The notes under the pieces were generated by a model. That model was not told the origin of the DNA. It searched no databases and worked only from the letters and a program-made list of their open reading frames with translations. Made by a program: the position numbers and the translations under genes. This document shows, piece by piece, positions 60,609 to 64,000 of a DNA stretch of 64,000 nucleotides. The DNA is taken from NCBI GenBank assembly GCA_000004695.1, contig CM000150.2:3360001-3424000 (forward strand), given 5' to 3'. Numbering within the stretch: position 1 is the stretch's first letter; every line of letters begins with the position of its first letter. Source of the DNA: Dictyostelium discoideum (Eukaryota).

Positions 60609-63103
60609 TGCATAATCCAACATCATCATCACCATCAATTAATAATAATTTAAAAGGTAAAAATGTTGCATCGATTATTGCAGCAAATGGAGCCAATTTA
60701 AATAATAGTTTAAGTAATCTACATCAACATGTAAATAATAATTCAAATAATAATTTAACCAATAGTTTCAATAGTGTATCACATAATAATATATCGATAT
60801 CAAGTGGTGGTAGTGCATTAAGTTATAATTATACCCAACAATTGAATCAAAATGGTGGTAGTAATAATGGTAGTACAAGTAATAGTACAAGTAATAGCGC
60901 AAACAATAGTTTGTTATCACTGGCATCATCAATCAATGGTAATATTGGTAGTGATGAGAATGGTAGTAATGTTATGTATGGTGGTGATATTGCATCCTCT
61001 TATCATTCAATGTCAATTGACCCATTGAAATCAAGTACCAACACAGAAACCATTGAAATTATGGTAGTTGGTGATGAGTTATCCAATAAGGCTAGATTTA
61101 TATCATCATTTTTAAATAATGGTATTGGTGAAGATCCAACATTGGAAATTTCAACAAAGAAATCCATAGCAATTCAATCGGGTGCTTACAATGTAAACAT
61201 AAACACAACGGTTGGTCAAGAAGAGTTTTGGGGTATTAATGATGTATATTATCGTTCAAGTCAAGGTTTCATCTTTGTATACAATGTAAATTCACGTGAA
61301 AGTTTCCTTTCATTCCTTAAATTTCGTGATAAGATCATCCATGAAAAAGGTACAGAGAATATTTTAATGGCAATGGTTGGTTTAACTTCACCATTGATAA
61401 ATCAAGAATCTGGTGAAGAAAGTTGTATAAGAGAAGTAACTCAACAAGAAGCAAAACGTATGGCTGATCTTTATAGTTGTTCATTTGTTGAATTAAATAG
61501 TTTTGGTTTAGATTGCGAACATCAAATTCAATCAATTGTAACCGATTTATTAGGCCGTATAACAAGTGGTTTATCTTCAACCAACAATAACAACAGTGGT
61601 AACAATAGCAATAATAACAATGGCAATAGTAATGGTAATAGTAGTAATAATAATAGTAATAATAATAGTACAAATAATTTAAATAATAGTGCAATTTTAA
61701 ATGAATCAATTGCTCAATCAATTGAAGTTTTAATGTTGGGTGATATTTTCGTTGGTAAAACTCAAATCATTCAAAGATTGTTAGGTAATCCATTTCAAAA
61801 TGCTTATAAGGAAACCACGGAATGGAATAGAAACGTTTATCAAATGACGGTAAATGATGTAAGATATTTATTAAAGATTGTTGATACATGTGGTTTGGAT
61901 ATTGAAGAGACATTAAATCGTGAAAGATTAGTTAGTACACAAGGTTTTATTTTCGTTTATTCGATTGCTTCTCGTGAAAGTTTTCTAATGATTGAACAAT
62001 TGCGTAAGAAACTATCAAGTATTAAAAGTGAGACTAAAATTCCATCGGTTTTAATCGCCAATAAGGGTGATTCATTAATTCGTCAAGTTACATTTGATGA
62101 AGGTAGTAAGATGGCACAACATCTTGGTAGTCATTATTTCGAGGTGTCTTCGATGTTCTCTGACGATGAATCCATTGGTAGACCATTCGAACAATTGTTG
62201 ATCGATATTCAAAAGTCGGGTAATGCAAGCGGCTTTGAACCAAGCGAAATCAAAAAGAAGGGTTATCTATTTAAAGAGGGTAAGAAATTGAAATCCATGT
62301 CAAAATACTTTTTCAAGGCAAGTAGAGGTAATCTATCCTATTGTAAGAATGAATCCAATAAGAGTAAGGTGAAATCCATACAATTGTCTGAACAAATTCA
62401 ATTGGCAATACCACATAATGTTCATGAGAAAAAGGACGTTTGGCCATTCTCTATCATTTTAGATCCAGTTAGTAAACATAGTATCAATTTAATAGCCTCC
62501 ACTGAGGAGGAAAGAAATGCTTGGATTAAAGCAATCAAATTCAATTGTTTCCTTGAAGATATAACTTCAAATATTATAGATGATGTCGTAAAAAGTATGG
62601 TTAGTGAAATTGCCTCTGGTGTGGCTGGCAGTGGTAGTAATAATGGTAATAATAATGGTCATTTAAAACGTTCCGATACTACTCAACAATTAAATAATAG
62701 TGGTAGTTTTATTAATGGTATAAATGCAAATAAACCAGTACCAAACTTTTCAAATTTATCAATTAGCGGTGGTGGTAGTAGTAACAATTCAAATAATTCA
62801 ACACCAATGTCTTCACCATATGGTAGTAGTAATAATTTCTCTTCACATTTATCACAATCAACTTCATCAATGTCAATGTCACCACAACAACAATTACAAA
62901 GTGTATTATTATCCTCTTCAAATCTTTCATCGTCAATGAATAGTAGTTTTAGTTATTCTTCTTCAATTTCTTCCTCTTACACTGATTCAATGTCTGGTTC
63001 TCCACCAGATTCAAATGGTCAAGTTTTCCCTCAATCTCCACAACTAAAGAAAACTTTATTCCAACGTACTACTAGTTTTTCAAAAGGAAGCAAATTAAAA
63101 TAA
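60109..63103 (+). CDS. Tandem Ras-like GTPase domains (first degenerate, second canonical) + C-terminal PH domain protein, main coding exon, >=976 aa; 5' start unresolved
   Basis: The ORF-track start at 60173 is TTG. The frame is open back to 60053 with no in-frame ATG, so initiation must be in an upstream exon. AG acceptors at 60108, 60120 and 60126 are all phase-compatible. Domain 1: IEIMVVGDELSNKARFIS (no GxxxxGKS/T), NTTVGQEEF, no NKxD. Domain 2: LMLGDIFVGKTQII (P-loop), IVDTCGLD (DTAG-like), LIANKGDS (NKxD), FEVSSM (SAK-like). PH domain: KKGYLFKEGKKLKSMSKYFFKASRGNLSYCKNE...WPFSIILDPVSKHSINLIASTEEERNAWIKAIKFN. Followed by a Ser/Asn-rich tail and stop at 63101-63103. Confidence 0.7.
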
Positions 63104-63228
63104 TAAATTTAAATATTTTTAAAAAAAAAAATTTTATTTTAATAAATATATATATAATAAAAATAATAAAAAAATATATATTTTTAAAAATATATATTTT
63201 GTATAATTAAAGATAATTTTAAAATAAA

Positions 63229-63275
<47 letters not shown>

Positions 63276-64000
63276 CAATTATTTATTTCCATAAAAAATA
63301 AAAAATAAAAACAAAGTGATATGGAATTCAAATACCACAAATTATTTGATATTTTTTTTATTTTTATTTATTTTTTTTTTTTTTAAATTATTTTGTTTGG
63401 TTTATCTTGGATTTTAAATCATCAACCAATTAAAATTCCATAAAAAATTGGGACTCTTTTGAATTACCATAAACACTTCTCAATATTATATAAAAAATAA
63501 TAATAATAATATTATTATTATTAACATTAATGTAAACTGATCAAAATAAATATCTTTTTAGAAAATATCAATATTTTTTTATTTATTTTTTTTTTTTTTT
63601 TTGAATTATTTTTTTTTTTTTTTTTTTTTTTTTTTTGAATATTCAAAAAATATATTTTGTTTAGAAAAAATAAAAAATAAAATAATAAAAAAATAAAAAT
63701 AAAAAATAAAAAGTGCGTGGTAAAATTAAAACTTTTTTTTTTTCTTTTAATTTAATGGACTAAAAAAAGCGATATTATCTATTTACGAGTCGCAATTGAA
63801 CATTTTCTTAAAAATGTCGACATTATTTCTTACTGTTGGAAAGTCCCCAATAAACCTTTTTGATTTTTTGATTTTTTTTTTATAATTTTTTTTTTTTTTA
63901 TTTTTTATTTTTAAATTTTTTTTTTTTGTTAATTTTTAATTTTTTATTTTTATTTTTAATTTTTTTTTTTTTTTTTTTTTTCCGAATTTTTATTTATTTT

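Noticed and set aside
63780-63900. ATGTCGACAT... ORF at the window edge (MSTLFLTVGKSPINLFDF...)
   Set aside because: ATGTCGACAT is a palindrome that gives an ATG on both strands. The ORF immediately runs into poly-T. No supporting features before the window ends.

Overview
The window is eukaryotic nuclear DNA, not prokaryotic. It is about 78-80% A+T, has long homopolymer A/T tracts and (AAT)n / (CAA)n microsatellites, and encodes proteins with poly-Asn, poly-Gln and poly-Thr runs. Its introns are short and AT-rich with GTAAGT/GTATGT donors and (T)nAG acceptors. This is the signature of a dictyostelid social amoeba chromosome, most probably Dictyostelium discoideum (inference from composition and gene structure only).

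I derived about 25 protein-coding gene models by hand from the six-frame track plus GT..AG splice logic and reading-frame continuity. Exon boundaries are therefore +/-1-2 nt estimates without cDNA support. M in the ORF track is often a non-ATG start (for example TTG at 60173, 8256 and 19604).

Genes recognised, in order along the window:
- an atypical Rac/Rho GTPase
- a SMYD-type SET+MYND methyltransferase
- a LisH+WD40 protein
- an 83-aa four-exon Gly-rich protein
- a mahogunin/MGRN1-like RING E3 ligase
- fumarylacetoacetase
- a secreted cyclophilin-B-type peptidyl-prolyl isomerase
- a coiled-coil/N-rich protein with a Cys cluster
- a 1112-aa acidic low-complexity protein
- a WH2/proline-rich/SH3 actin-regulator-like protein
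- a small secreted Cys-rich protein
- a 94-aa three-exon protein
- a large NYN + LOTUS + C-terminal CBM48 (AMPK-beta-like glycogen-binding module) fusion
- Aha1
- a ribosomal-L19e-N-domain mini-protein
- tryptophan 2,3-dioxygenase
- two secreted proteins
- a secreted C39-like papain-fold peptidase
- a six-exon sirtuin
- a FAM46/TENT5-like nucleotidyltransferase with huge low-complexity inserts
- an ABCB-type half transporter with degenerate ATPase motifs
- Bud23/WBSCR22 rRNA methyltransferase
- a tandem (pseudo)GTPase + PH-domain protein

I found no rRNA, tRNA, CRISPR array, transposon or prokaryote-style defence/operon system. The most interesting signals are unusual domain architectures and degenerate catalytic motifs in otherwise recognisable families, plus a few short GC-richer islands and hairpins in the intergenic AT desert that could be small ncRNAs or regulatory elements.
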